Below are positions 49,106 to 49,759 of a stretch of DNA of 49,759 nt, one piece after another. A model generated the notes under the pieces. That model saw only the letters and a list, made by a program, of their open reading frames with translations, was not told the origin of the DNA and did no database searches. The stretch comes from Octopus bimaculoides (taxonomy: Eukaryota): NCBI RefSeq assembly GCF_001194135.2, contig NC_068991.1, positions 58,024,655 through 58,074,413 of the forward strand, read 5' to 3'. The position numbers and the translations under genes are program-made. Position 1 is the stretch's first letter, and each line of letters begins with the position of its first letter.

Positions 49106-49759
49106 CAGTTGTAGGACGATAACGAAAAGAGAAGATAACGGGAATACCATCGACATTAGCGGGACCAACACAAAATTCATAATAATCATCGTCATCATCA
49201 TCGTTATCAACACCATGATCAGAGTCATCTTCATCATCACCGTCACCATTATCATCACACTCACAACTCACTGCAACGACTACAAACTCTAGATGAGGAT
49301 CACCACCATCATGGTCAGGATTATTATCACAATCATCACCACCATTTTTTTAAACGTGTAGCAACCCCTCTGCGTCCTCAACATCATCAGTTCCTCAACC
49401 ACATCTTCCACTTATTCTTATTCTCCACTAATCCTTTTAGGCTTCATTTTTTTACATATATATATATAACAAAAAAATTATCGTCATCATGAAGATAGAA
49501 ATTACCAGAAACATTTCTAAGAAAATGCTAGAATGAGATTTGCGGAGATGCAATTTTGTCATGTGTATCGTTTTTATGGAAGAAACAGGATCAATTCCGT
49601 ATCACTTCCACAAAACTACTGCCACGGAACAGTGGAAAAGAAAAAGAAGTGGGGATAAATAATGTTTGAGGATGTATACAAGTATAAGAGGGTAATAATT
49701 ATACACACTACACCCCACACACTTGACTGTATATAATATATATATATATATATATATAT

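Overview
This is eukaryotic, AT-rich, repeat-saturated genomic DNA with 13 assembly gaps and dense (TA)n/(CA)n/(GA)n/(TATC)n microsatellites. The SINE families look like those I associate with octopus genomes; that organism call is an inference from memory, not from a search. I cannot confidently identify any host protein-coding gene, true tRNA/rRNA gene, CRISPR array or prokaryote-type system. Most long ORFs in the track are microsatellite or N-gap artefacts. Well-supported content: about 30 copies of at least four tRNA-headed SINE families (four young copies, three with visible TSDs); decayed non-LTR retroelements of the R4/Dong (RLE), CR1/L2-like, RTE and Penelope (GIY-YIG) groups; a mariner-derived fold-back element; a Tc1/mariner MITE; and a DINE-1/HINE-like non-autonomous Helentron. 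The most intriguing unexplained signal is a diverged 438-bp tandem unit at 33.6-35.0 kb. Its substitutions follow a codon pattern on the minus strand, suggesting a decayed repeat-domain gene that I cannot name. Other oddities are a SINE copy nested at the homologous site of its own family, a SINE fold-back centred on a palindromic site, a minisatellite born in a SINE B-box, and a few weak exon candidates.
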